Origin: Octopus vulgaris
Taxonomy: Eukaryota
Direction of reading: 5' to 3'
NCBI GenBank assembly: GCA_951406725.2
Contig: OX597818.1
Location: 95,976,001 to 96,040,000 of the forward strand
Length of the DNA: 64,000 nucleotides
The notes under the pieces: generated by a model
Databases searched by the model: none
What the model was told of the DNA's origin: nothing
The model's input: the letters and a program-made list of their open reading frames with translations, nothing else
Position numbers and translations under genes: made by a program
In this document: one piece after another, positions 41,018-53,278 of the stretch
How the letters are laid out: every line of letters starts with the position of its first letter
Numbering within the stretch: position 1 is the stretch's first letter

Positions 41018-41770
41018 TGTGTTGTGTGTGTGTTTGTGTGTGTGTGTGCGCGCAGATAGAGAGACAGTAAAAGAGGTAGAGAGTGATAGAGAGAGATAGA
41101 GACAGAGAGACAGAGAAATATGTGTGTGTGTGTCTGTTTGTAAACCTCCTCCACTTGACAATTGGTGTCGATTTATTTATATCCCTGTAACTTAGCAGTT
41201 CAGAAGAAGAGACTAATAAAATAAATACCAGACTTAGAAATAAGTACTGGGGTTAATCTTTTCTACTCTAGGCACAAGGCCTGAAATTTTGGGGAAGGGG
41301 GCCAGTCGATTAGATTGATCACAGTACGAAACTGGTACTTAATTTATCGACCCTGAAAGGATGAAAGGCAAAGTCGACATCAGCGGAATTTGAACTCAGA
41401 ATGTAAAGACAGATGAAATACCACTAAGCATTTCACCCGGCGTGCTAACATTTCTTATTTCTTTACTGCCCACAAGGAGCTATACAGAGAGGGGACAAAC
41501 AAGGACAGACAAACAGATTAAGTTGATTATATCGACCCTACTGCGTAACTGGTACTTATTTAATTGACCCTGAAAGGATGAAAGGCAAAGTTGACCCTGG
41601 CAGAATTTGAACTTAGAACGTAAAGTCAGACGAAATACTGCTAAGCATTTCACCCAGTGTGATAACGTTTCTGCCAGCTCACCACCTTCTACTGGGGTTA
41701 ATCTGTTGAACTAAAGCTGTCAAGGCTGTGCCCCAGCATGGTTGCAGTCCAATGACTGAAACAAGTAAAA
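40643..41770 (+). mobile_element. Family A SINE with expanded GT/GA microsatellite and nested SINE dimer
   Basis: Head 40643-40806, microsatellite to about 41135, 3' module interrupted at 41260-41689. Confidence 0.8.
41260..41689 (-). mobile_element. Dimeric family B SINE
   Basis: 15-bp TSD TACTGGGGTTAATCT (41245-41259 and 41690-41704) encloses two units. Confidence 0.9.
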
Positions 41771-42205
41771 GAATAAAAGATGAAAGATATGTTTATGTGT
41801 GTGTGTGTGTGTGTGTTTCCTTACCTTGACATCACATAATAGTCGGAAACCAGCATCGCCATCAGGCAGGCAGTGTTGTTCATTTCCAATTTTGCATGAA
41901 AACATGTCTGGTCAAGGGAAAATATTACCTTACCTTGCTTGGAAACAAGTGAGAAACAGTGATAGGAAGGGTGTCTGGCCCCTTAAAATCAGTTTCAATT
42001 AATACTGTCTGACATAATACAAGCATGGAAAAGTGGATGTAAGAATGATGATGACAATGATGATGATGATGGTGATGTTGATGATGTGGAGGAGCGAAAT
42101 GAAGATGACAGTCAGCTGAAAGTTACACTGTAAATATAGGCTCCATAATATCTTAAGAATTTGTCCATATTACCAGAATGTAAGGCAGTGAGGTGGCACC
42201 CTCTT

Positions 42206-42865
42206 AAAATAATATAATAATGAAATTATTGTATACAGTGCTAAGGCGCACCACAACTTGTCAAAAGTGCGTATAAAGCATATGAAGTAATGTACAAATG
42301 TCTGGAAAGTGAACAGTATATGTGTCAGATACATGCTTGCGTGTATATGGAGGGGAAAAATCAGGTGTAGTGTTGGCGAATCTCAGGAAGCATGGAAGTT
42401 TTCAAGAATGCAGTGCTCCGACAAGTAACAACTGATGCTGGCAGTTTGTTCCATACTTCAGCAACTCTTAGTGTGAAAAATGTTTCTGAAAGTTATGGGA
42501 ACTGTGCTGTTTTCTGACTTTGTAAACATGTCCACGGGTGTTAGACAGGTGAAGTTTGAAAAGGTGATCAGGGTTATTGTTAGTAAGATGGTTAATAATT
42601 TTATAGGTGTCTGCCAAGTCAGCTGCCAGATATCGGAGTTTCAATGTATCCATGCCCAGGGAAGTAAGGTGTTCAGAATATAGCAAATGCCTGATGGAGG
42701 GTATTCTCTTGGCTGCACGTTGTTGAACGGTTTTCAGACGATTAATATCCTGGACAAGATAGGGGTTCCAGACTGGTGATGCAAATTCCAGGTGAGGCCG
42801 CACCATAGCTATATAAAGCCTCAAATAGATAGCTGGAGAGTGGCTCACAAAGGACTTGCCATCAC
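42206..42865 (-). mobile_element. CR1-clade LINE 3' fragment
   Basis: LYIAMVRPHLEFASPVWNPY..VQQRAAKRIP..DLADTYKII..TRGH motif series of CR1 ORF2 C-terminus. Confidence 0.9.
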
Positions 42866-42872
42866 TCAGCTA

Positions 42873-43316
42873 CCCTCCAGCTATCTATTTAAGGCTGTGT
42901 ATGGCTATGGTGTGGCCACATTTGGAATTTGCATCATCACCAGTCTGGAACCCCTGACTGCGGGTGTCTTGGCATTACTCAGCAAGACCTTTGTCAGCTG
43001 CTCTCCAGCTATCAATTTTAGACTGCGAATGGCTATGGTAAGGCCACATTTGGAATTTGCATCACCAGTCTGGAACCTCTATCATACTCAGGACATTGAT
43101 CTGGAAACTGTTCAGAGACATGCAACAAGTGAATACCCTCCATCAGGCATCTACCATACTCTGAATGCCTTGCTTCCCCGGGCATAGATACATTGAAGCT
43201 CTGATGTCTGGCAACTGACTTGGTAAACACCCACAAAATTTTTAACCATCGTGCCAACAACCATCTTGAGCACCTTTTTGAGCTCCATGTGTCTAACACA
43301 TGTCGGCATGCCTACA
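42873..43316 (+). mobile_element. Two CR1 fragments inverted relative to 42206-42865
   Basis: CCACATTTGGAATTTGCATCA..CCAGTCTGGAACC occurs twice; AMVRPHLEFASPVWNLY. Confidence 0.85.
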
Positions 43317-44019
43317 GATTGTATTTCTAGCTGCGCACAGTGTTTTCTTTTTCATATGAATTTACCCTTGTCTGCATGTGTACAGATCATGGTGTACCTA
43401 TTCATGTAGATGATGGTGTGGGTACATGCATTCATAAATACATAGATATGTGACTGTGTGTGTGCGTGTGTGCGCGTACAGTGATGGATTCAAGGGTTTC
43501 ATTTATTTACGACTTGATTTCTTAATTTCACCAGTGTATAAATACCTATAATGGTGATACTTAAAAAAAAAAAAGAATTGAACTCACAAATTTCCCGATA
43601 AGCAAGTGGTCATATTATTTTGTTCACTTTCTTTTACATATGAACTGACCTTCATCTGCATGTGTGGCACAAAATCAAACTGCATCTCATTTTAACTTTC
43701 ATAACCTATTTCAGCAATTTCATACATCTGTAATACTAGCTCTTTCTATTTTATCTTCATCATTATCATCATCACTTATTTTTTTATCAAAATTTTAAAT
43801 TCAAAATTCTTATTCATACTCATCCAGATTTTCTTCATTAAACCTATTTGCTATATGCTTGGTGCCAGATCCCCTAACACATTTGACATATTCAAGTAAC
43901 TCATTAGCAACTTCTTTCTTTCTCTGATACATGAAATCTTGTAAATTTTATCATTTGTATTTTGTCTTCAGTGATTTCTCAAACGTGAATGCTGGCCACA
44001 ATTTTTGCTAACCTTTCTT

Positions 44020-44235
44020 ATTTCTTTATTGCCCACAAGGGGCTAAATATAGAGGGGACAAACAAGGACAGACAAAGGGATTAAGTCGATTGGTATTGGT
44101 ACTTAATTTATTGACCCCAAAAGGATGACAGGCAAAGTCAACCTCAGCGGAATTTGAACTTGGAACGTAGCAGCAGACGAAATACTGCTAAGCATTTCGC
44201 CCTGCGTGCTAACGTTTCTGCCAGCTCGCCGCCTT
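44020..44235 (-). mobile_element. Family B SINE, long-tail form
   Basis: Complete head AAGGCGGCGAGCTGGCAG; imperfect TSD TTTGCTAACCTTTCTT/TTTGCTAGCCATTCTT. Confidence 0.85.
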
Positions 44236-44369
44236 TCTTTGCTAGCCATTCTTTAGGGTTGATGGTTTTGCAATATCCCAGACACTAGAAATAAACCAGC
44301 ACACATCTTTGATGTTGTATTCTTTTGTACATGCCCTTATAGGCTTGCCAGCATTTACTACATCTATCT

Positions 44370-44805
44370 TTACTTACTTATTTAAACCCTTTTCTCCCTA
44401 AGGAGCATAGGCCATTGGCATTTTTTCTTCCTTGTTCTCGACTCAGGGCTCTCATTTCTGTATCTTTCCATTTAAAGGGTCAGAAAAGAAGTTGACCTTG
44501 CAGCTTTTTTTCAGATTTTGTTGCACTGCATTATAGGTTTCCCTGAAGGATTGCCTTCCTTGTCCAGGTCTTGATGCTTTTCAATTGTCGTCAATACTTC
44601 TCTATGCTATTTTTCTGTGTAGGGGTGCTAGCCCTACACATACTCATTTTTATCTCTGGAAAGACACGGTCCATATTAGACTGGCCTCTATCCTATAGCC
44701 TGTCCAGTACAGAAGACCCTACCAGGAGTTTTGTGCTCTGCTGGCATAGCTCTCAGGATCATTGAGACACACAAGCCAACATGCTGCAAGAAGGATAGGA
44801 CCTTG
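44370..44805 (-). mobile_element. Internally deleted RTE-like element (5' UTR plus 3' end)
   Basis: Minus strand GGCTTGTGTGTCTCAATGATCCTGAGAGCTATGCC resembles RTE/Expander 5' ends; 3' GGCCTATGCTCC..(TAAG)n tail. Confidence 0.5.
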
Positions 44806-45460
44806 TGGTTGACATCTATCATACATTTCATAAAAAGTAAGTGATACTTCACCTTCAAAAAATGTTCTATTCCTTGATCTTAGCTTAAATATGGGATGTA
44901 TAATTTGGTGGTAAATGCTCTGTAAACCCATTCTTATGCAGGGTTTAGGCTCACTCAAAAGCTGAACTCCTGTAATATAAAAAATAATTTTACAAAATAT
45001 TTTCCAAACCATTGTATAGTAATATAAGTAGGAATCCAGCCACTTTTATTTGCATGGAAATGTTACTGAGAGCATTTTAATGTCTTTCAGGGCCCTCAAG
45101 CACTTCCCTTTCCAGTCATCAGTGGCATACATCTGTGTGTGCCTGGGACATTTGAGCACCTTAGATTGTCTGAATCTTGTGGGCCTTTCTTCATTCTCTC
45201 CCGTTAATGTCCTTCGTGGTGTACACCTAAATATCATGTACATCATTATTCAGTTTATTTCAAGATTTCTTACCAATAGAGAAAGAACCGATTGTTTGTA
45301 TGTATGTATGTATGTATGTATGTATGTATGTATGTGTGTGTGTGTGTGTGTGCGTATGTATGTGTGTATGTATGTATGTGTGTGTGTACGTATGTGTGTG
45401 TGTATGTATGTATGTGTGTGTATGTATGAACACTCGCGCGCGCACGCACACGCACACACA

Positions 45461-45498
<38 letters not shown>

Positions 45499-45798
45499 GT
45501 GTCAGCGGGGGTGCGTGTGTTGTTATACTGACTCACATTTCTCCATTCTTCTCGTTATATCTTAATTTTCTTTTTTTTTACTGGCTATCTTCGCCCTCGA
45601 CTAGATAATTTAGGATATATATTTATTATAGCACTTTCCCCGTGATTTTTCTATACATTTCCTTCTTTATCATCGTAGTTATTTTAACTTTTTAACTAAC
45701 CACAGTTATCTCCCCTATATTTCTATAGTCCTAAATTTTCAACCATGTAAATGTTATTCTTTTAAAATTCTCCTTTATCTGTATCCTTCTTGGTAAGT

Positions 45799-45834
<36 letters not shown>

Positions 45835-47209
45835 GCACACACACATACAGAATATACCCCTTTATTCCTTTTTACTAACTAATTTGTACGTTAGACGACA
45901 GCTTGCTAAAATGTCATAGCCACGAAATATTTTTTACCTCCCCTTGGCAAGATCTTTTCCAATCTCAATCCAGTCACTTTTGTTTCATTTTTCTTTTTTC
46001 TTCAATACATTTTGAAAGATAACCATAAAAATTTATTCATGTCTCCTGTTTTTGTATACATATCAGATATGGCATTTTAATCCTTGTGATCTTCCTTCGT
46101 CGATTCTGTACAGTGTATGCACTTTTAGCTGTCAATGCTTTCTTCACTTGACTTATTGCTGCTTTCTGCCTCCTCTTTTACCATTTCTCTGACAGGTTGC
46201 AGTACACCTAAACACTGTGTACAATAACCCCATTATTGTCCTCACTATCATTATTAAGACGACGTTCTCAGGGAAACTCTAGGTGTCGATGAGGATCAAC
46301 TAACTGGTCTGTTTCGGAGAACTTCTGGGTCTGGGCCTATGGATTATCATCATCATCTTTTAACGTCCGCTTTCCATGCTAGCATGGGTTGGACGGTTCA
46401 ACTGGGGTCTGGGAAGCCAGAAGGCTGCACCAAGCCCAGTTTGATCTGGCAGTGTTTCTACAGCTGGATGCCCTTCCAAACGCCAACCACTGCGTGAGTG
46501 TAGTGGGTGCTTTTTACGTGCCTTCCAGAAATCCCTTGCCTGGCAATGCTACCGAGGGGCGCTGCCTGTTCAGGATAAACTCTACAGGCATGGAAGTACT
46601 GTCAGCTGGGCCTACTCAAGGTGTGCGCAGAGTGATGAAACCGTTTTGTACACTCTTGTCCAGTGCCCTAGTATTGCTGACCTGTAGGTTTATGTCGAAC
46701 ACCTGCTGTCGTGTGTAGGATGGATCTAGCTATCAGCTGAACTCATTGCAAGGATTGCCCCACTGTCCTCCTTTGTCTGGGAGGGGCAGGCAGTTTTTAT
46801 TTGTCCGGTGGCTGTAGTGAAAAAGGTGGTATGGTAGACCTGTTTGAAAGGGCTAAAGCCGGACACTTTCCTCTTTAGCCAAGTCCTTATGAACTTTTTC
46901 AAGTTCCACTTGAAAAGGAAAGTGAGGGAAGTGTTGTCTTCTAACAAATTTGTGAAAAGGTGGGTAAAATTACTACCTGTCAAACACTGGAGTCAAGGTG
47001 ATCGACCAACCCCACCTAAATTCCAGGTCTTGTGCCAATAATAGAAAGAATTATTATTGTTGTTGTTATTGTTGTTATTATTGTTACTGTTATTGTTGTT
47101 ACTCTTATTATTATTGTTGTTGTTATTATTATTATTATTACTGTTATTGTTATTATTCTTATTGTTGTTGTTGTTGTTATTATTATTGTTATTATCATCA
47201 TCATCATCA

Positions 47210-48770
47210 TGCGAGCTGGCAAAATAGTTAGCACATCAGGCTTAGTGGTAGTTTGCCTGTCTTTACGTTCTGAGTTCAAATTAGCTGAGGTTCACTTTGC
47301 CTTTCATCCTTTTGGGGTCAATAAATTAAGTATCAGTTGTGTACTGGGGTTGATCTAATCGACTGCCTGCCACCACTTTCCCAAAAATGCTGGCCTTGTG
47401 CCTAGAGTAGAAAAGATTATTATTAGGTGAACTGGCAGAATTGTTAGCATGCCAGATGAAATGCTTACTGGTAGTTCATCTGTTTTTATGTTCTGAGTTT
47501 AAATTCTGCCAAGGTCAAATTTGCCTTTCATCCTTTTGGGGTCGATAAATTAAGTACAAGTTGTATACTGGGGTTGATCTAATTGACTGACTCCTTCCCC
47601 CACAATATATTAAGTAACAGTGAAACACTGGGGTTGATGTTATCAACTAGTCCCCTCCCCCCAATTTTGGCCTGTGTGTCCAATAAAGGATCACTACTAC
47701 CACTACTACTACTATTACCAAAATGGTGAACTGGTAAAATCATTAGCATACTGGACAAAATGCTTAGCAGTATTTCGCCTGTCATTACGTTCAAATTTTG
47801 CTGGGGTTGACTTTGTCTTTCATCCTTTCAGGGTTGATAAAATAAGTACCAGTGAAACACTGAGGTTGATGTAATCGACTAGTCCTATATCCCAAAATTT
47901 CAGGCTTTGTGCTTTTAGTAGAAAGAATTATTATTATTGCTAAGGCGGTGAGCTGGCAGAAATGTTAGCATGCTGGGCGAAATGCGTAGCTGTATTTTGT
48001 CTGCCGCTATGTTCTGAGTTCAAATTCCCCTGAGGTTGACTTTGCCTTTCATCCTTTCAGGGTCGATAAATTAAGTACCAGTTACGCACTGGAGTCGATG
48101 TAATCGACTTAATCCATTTGTCTGTCTTTGTTTGTCCTCTCTGTGTTTAGCCCCTTGTGGGTAGTAAAGAAATAGTATTTTGTCTATCTTTACGTTCTGA
48201 GTTCCAATTCCGCCAAGGCCGATTTTGCCTTTTATCCTTTTGGGGTCAATAAATTAAGCACCTGTGTACAGAGGTCGATCTAATTGACTAGCTCCAGCCC
48301 ACCAAATTTCAGGCCTTGTGCCTAAAGTAGAAAGGATTATTATTACTATTATTAAAGTAGAGAACTTGCAAAATTGTTAGCATGTTGTATGAAATGCTTA
48401 GCAGTATTTCGCCCCGAGTTCAAATTCCGCTGAGCTCGACTTTGTCTTTCATCCAGTTAGAGTCAATAGTGAAACACTGGCATTGATCTAATCGACTGGT
48501 CCCCTTCCCCAAAATTTCAGGCCTTGTACCTTTACTAGAAAGGACTATTATTAATAAAAGTGGTGAAAGGCAGTAAGATAGTAGAACCGTTAGCCTGTTG
48601 AACAAAATTCTTAGCAGCATTTCTTCTGCTTTAAATTCTGTCAAGGTTGATTTTACTTTTCCACCTCTCAGGATTGATAGAAAAAGCACCAGTTGAGCAA
48701 TAGGGTTGGTGCAATCAACTGTCCTCCTCTGTCAAAACTGCTTGAATTGTGCCTAAATTTGAAACTCTTC
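47210..48770 (+). mobile_element. Head-to-tail array of about 8 family B SINE units
   Basis: Repeated head/B-box/GCCTTTCATCC modules separated by ATT/ACT tracts; includes a dimer at 47942-48345. Confidence 0.9.
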
Positions 48771-49348
48771 TTCTTCTTTTCTTCTTCTTCTTCTGCTGCT
48801 GTTGCTGCTGCTGCTGCTGCTGCAACGTACTTGTCACAATTATATTGGAGTATCTCAAAAATATTCGTAAGGGTATATCAGTTTCCTCTCATATGCTGTA
48901 TCATTGCGTGAAAGATGCATGTTCTTACCTTGGCTTCAAATTTTCACACAAGACCAGGAATTTGGAGGAGGTGGGCAGGGTAAATCAATTACATTGACAC
49001 ACAGACAACTTCAGCTTTATATATATAGATTATTTCCCCATTAATAATTTTATACAATCCTGTTTAGCAGGTCTACACTTTGAACTGAACCTGGCACTTG
49101 TTGTTTCCTATCAAGAAATTTTATGTAAACAACCACCATGCTTTTGAATTGATAATGTCTCTGCAAACTTATCCAGTCAGATTTGTCATGGTGCTTATAA
49201 AAAGAGACCATTTTAAGAACCACAGTGACAGATAGGGGAACAGATGATATAATGCAGTCATGTATTCATACCAGGTACTACTTGATATCAGCTGATATTG
49301 ACAGCTAGACCCACCAAATACGAAAAGTTTGCAACACAGATGATATAA

Positions 49349-49497
49349 GTACATTATTTACATTCAATGGATATTTGTCCTCATCTTATTTGTCGTTAAC
49401 ACAACGTTTCAGCTGATATACCCTCCAGCCTTCATCAGGTGTCTTGGGGAAATTTCAAACCTAGGTTCTCATTGCTAAGGTATATTTTTCGTTGTTG

Positions 49498-49533
<36 letters not shown>

Positions 49534-49696
49534 TATTGTTGTTGTTGTTGTTCAGGTCACTGCTTGGAATTGAACTCAGAATCATGGGTTAGTAGCCCAC
49601 GCTCTTAACCACTACACCCACGGGCATATGGCATAGTGGTTAAGATTCCGAGTTCGATTCCAAGCAGTGACCTGAACAATAATGATAATAATAATG

Positions 49697-49729
<33 letters not shown>

Positions 49730-49892
49730 TCGAAAAATATACCTTAGGAATGAGAATCCAGGTTCAAAATTTCCCCAAGACAATTGAAGAAGGCTGGAGG
49801 GTATATCAGCCGAAATGTTGTGTTAACAACAAAGAAGATGAGGACAAATATCCGTTAAATGTAAATAATGTACATAATCTCTTAAATATAGA
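49349..49892. mobile_element. Head-to-head inverted dimer of a tRNA-headed, hammerhead-bearing SINE-like element (family D)
   Basis: 49349-49620 is the imperfect reverse complement of 49621-49873; 13-bp TSD ACAGATGATATAA/ACAGATGATTTAA; A box TGGCATAGTGGTTAAG and B box GAGTTCGATTCC. Confidence 0.85.
49398..49443 (-). ncRNA. Minimal Penelope-type hammerhead ribozyme motif
   Basis: GACAC-CUGAUGA-A-GGCUG(loop)CAGCU-GAAAC-GUU-GUGUU; stem III replaced by palindromic AACGUU; mirror copy at 49779-49824 has a decayed core (UUGAAGA, GAAAU). Confidence 0.7.
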
Positions 49893-50999
49893 ACAGATGA
49901 TTTAACTCTTACTAGCGTAAGGATTATACTATACTAGAAAACACTTCCTTTTATCCACTCACTTGACTCTCCCTCTATATCTTCCTCTTATCTGCACAAA
50001 ACTACAGAACCTGTCCAACCAACCACCCATTGTATAAAAAAATCTTTCTGCCATCACTCAGTTATTTCTCTTTGGACCATCACGTCCAAGTCAATATTTA
50101 ACAACAAACATAAATCAATGACTTATCTCTCATCCATTTATCTCGGTTTACTTTCATCTCATTGTTAACAAAGTAGTGCACGCACACACACACTTATAAT
50201 GTAAAAAATATTTCCTTTATAAATTTTATCAATCCTTTAACTATTCTTTTGAATTTTATTGGCATTTTTCCTGATTTTATCATATATTACAGAAATGGCC
50301 ATCTGTTTCTCTAGAATGCTACTAGCAGTTCATTTATGTATTGTACAATTAAATTATTAATACATTGTAAATTTAAGGCAGCAAGCTGGTAGAATCATTA
50401 GCATGCTGGGTAACATGCTTAGCAGCATTTTGTTCATCTTTACGTTCTGAGTTCACATTCTACTGAGGTTTACTTTGCCTTTCATCCTTTAAGGATTGAT
50501 AAAATAAGTATGAGTTGAACACTGGGGTCAGTATAATCAACTTACACTCTCCCCTAACTTGCTGGCCTTGTTCCAAAATTTGAAACCAATATATTGTAAA
50601 TCTAAGAGTAAAGGTATTCCACCATTCAATTCTCAGTGAGTCACACTTATTTCTCTTTCTTCTCATCTCCTATACCAAAAAATCTAACCATTTTGCATCT
50701 TCAATAATTTTTTTTCTAAATCACTTAACTAGAAATATTCTCCTTATTTTAATATTCCACACTTCTCCCAATACCTTTGTTTGTGTGTGTGTGTGTGTAT
50801 GAAAAATGGCCATATTTCATATTTGTCCCTTCTTTCACTACCTCTATTAGAACTTTCAAAGTTCAATTGTTGATCATGTTCATATTTGATAAACCACACC
50901 CAAACATACTGATGATTTTTCTGTATATGCTTTATATGGCTTTCACAAACCATTTGTGTACTCCCTAGCTTCTTCAGTGACCACTGGATCACAGACTGA

Positions 51000-51840
51000 G
51001 GGATTCTGGGAAAGGATTTCCCTAGGTCAACAAATGCTAAGTACAGCAGCTTACTTTTAGTTAAATACTTCTCCTACAGTTGTCTCCTTAGGAAGAAAGC
51101 ATCTATAGTACTTTTCTGTGGCACAAACCCAAAACTGCATCTCTTCTAGTCAGACACTCTTATTGATTGAGCTATAACCCTTTATGTGACTTTCATAACC
51201 TGGTCCAGCAATTTGATACATCTGTAAATATCTCTCTGAGGCATCTCCTTTAGCCTTGTAACAGTTGACTATGATGCTGCTATGCCAATCATCCTTCCAG
51301 TAAAACTTGATGGACTATGTGGGTAACTAGGCCATATTCTACTCCACCAGATATTTTAAGCATCTCAGCTGTAATACTTGATGGTCCAGTAGCTTTCTGT
51401 GCTTTTATATCCTTAATTGCTTTATTTGTCTTCCTGCAATTAAGGAAGATAGTTGGTTACTCTGTTGGGTCTATGTTTGAGAAGACCCTTCCATGTATTC
51501 ATCACATATAATAACTTTTATGATAGCACACTCATCCCGCTTTCTTTTCAGAATCACTGAGTGAAAGTGTACCATTGTCCATCAGTATACACTTCTCTCC
51601 TACAATTTTTTCTGGTACATTGTCTTGCAATCCAGAACATTTCATGTGTCTGATCTTCACATTACAGAACATTGGTAAACCCCTTCTTTTCTGCCTCTCC
51701 CCTTCATAAATGAGCCTGTTGTCTAGCTTCACTCCTAACTACTTGCTATAATTACCTGCAAGCCAATTCTTTCAGTTTTACCAGGCTTGTCTCTGATTTT
51801 ATTATTCTATCTATCTCACTGTTGCACCACCAACATGATC
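51000..51840 (-). pseudogene. Decayed RTE LINE ORF fragment
   Basis: Minus translation DWHSSIIVNCYKAKGDASER, PSSITAEMLK and LLYLAFVDLGK. Confidence 0.75.
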
Positions 51841-53024
51841 TCATCAGCCTCAGTCTAGTTGGAATTTTTCCAGGCTTGCATGGGTTAGATTAATATGTTT
51901 TTGAGGTATTGTTTTTCAGTTGGCTGCCTTTATATACTTTTCTACTCTAGGCACAAGGCCTGACATTTTGGGTGAATGGGGCCTGTTGATTAGATCAACT
52001 GGTACTTAATTTTTCGACCCCAAAAGGATGAAAGGCAAAGTCAACCTTGTTGGAATTTGAACTCAGAACATAAAGACAGACAAAATATTGCTAAGCATTT
52101 TGTCCACTGTGCTAACATTTCTGCCAGTTTGCTGCTTTGGCTGCCCTTCTTATATGACCACATACTTAAGTGGCCTGAAGAAGATGGGATGATGTTAGTT
52201 ACTCAAAGAGGTAACCAAGAAATAATTGTGCTGAAGAAAATATTTATGGTGAATACAGCCTGTACTGACTTCTGTAAGTTAATGGATAACAGCATGACAA
52301 AACTTGAAGACTTATATTCAGGTCAAATAGAAAAGATGCAGGCTTGATCTACCAGTACAATTGTATCACATCCAGTGGAAATGCAGCATAAGTAGATCCT
52401 CTCCAAATGTGACAGACTTGGTTCTCTATACCTGTACACAATAGCAAAGAGCCCTTGCTGTAACTGGTTGTGTGCTCATTCCCTTGTATCACAGAGATCC
52501 TATCATTGCTGGACCTTTTTTTTTTTTTGTTGGGAGAAAGCTACTTGTATAACTCATGGCAACTCACAAACATTAATATGTATTGTCAGACATGATATTT
52601 GGTGTTAGCTATTTACAATGTAAAATATCAATAATATAATTGTCAGCAGGGAGGAAAGAAAAACCATGCTGCGTGTGTAGAAGCTACTTATGGGACATCA
52701 TGTAAATGTTCAGAATCAGTCTGTCTGAGAACCTGAATGTCTGTGCAAGGTCTGAAGCTGTCTGCTCAAATGCTGGAGGTTGTTTGTCTGGCAAGAAGTG
52801 AGACATGTGAATCAGTCAGCTGCTCTCAACACTCTGGGAGGAGTTAGGTGTCAACCTGTTTTTATGAGGTGACAAGGGGTTGGATTTTAGAACATCTGAG
52901 TAAGATACATCATGCCACAGATTTACTCTGGTGCATTTATAGATCAATCACATGAAACTGTGGTGGCTCACCTGTGCCCAAAGCTGTTAGGAAGGAAGGA
53001 AGGAAGGAAAGAAGGAAGGAAGGA

Positions 53025-53278
53025 TTGGTGCATTATCATCCTGAAAGATTGTGTTTCTCTCTGGAAACAGTTCTGCAACTATAGGATGAATTTGATCAGA
53101 TAAAATGCTTAAATAGACTTTTCTATTAATTCTGCCATGAAGGGAAACCATTGGGCCAGCGGATTTCCGAGATATAGCCCCCCCAGATCATCACAGACCT
53201 TCCTTCATGTTTAACAGTTGAAAGAAGGCAGTCTGGGTCAAATGCTTCTTTTTGCTGTCTCCACATGTATACCTGGGA
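53025..53278 (-). pseudogene. Tc1-type transposase fragment
   Basis: MWRQQKEAFDPDCLLSTVKHEGRSVMIWG..YLSILSDQIHP..IFQDDNAP. Confidence 0.85.

Noticed and set aside
46523-46990. Possible LINE ORF1 fragment or host exon
   Set aside because: No motif I can name and no convincing splice-site pair
49555-49675. tRNA genes
   Set aside because: A/B boxes are present but there is no convincing acceptor stem, the right copy lacks the anticodon arm, and both are fused to repeat tails; treated as SINE heads, as are the heads of families A-C
52140-52900. Possible piggyBac transposase remnant (KLMDNS, Cys-rich end)
   Set aside because: Similarity too weak to support, and no TTAA-flanked TIRs found
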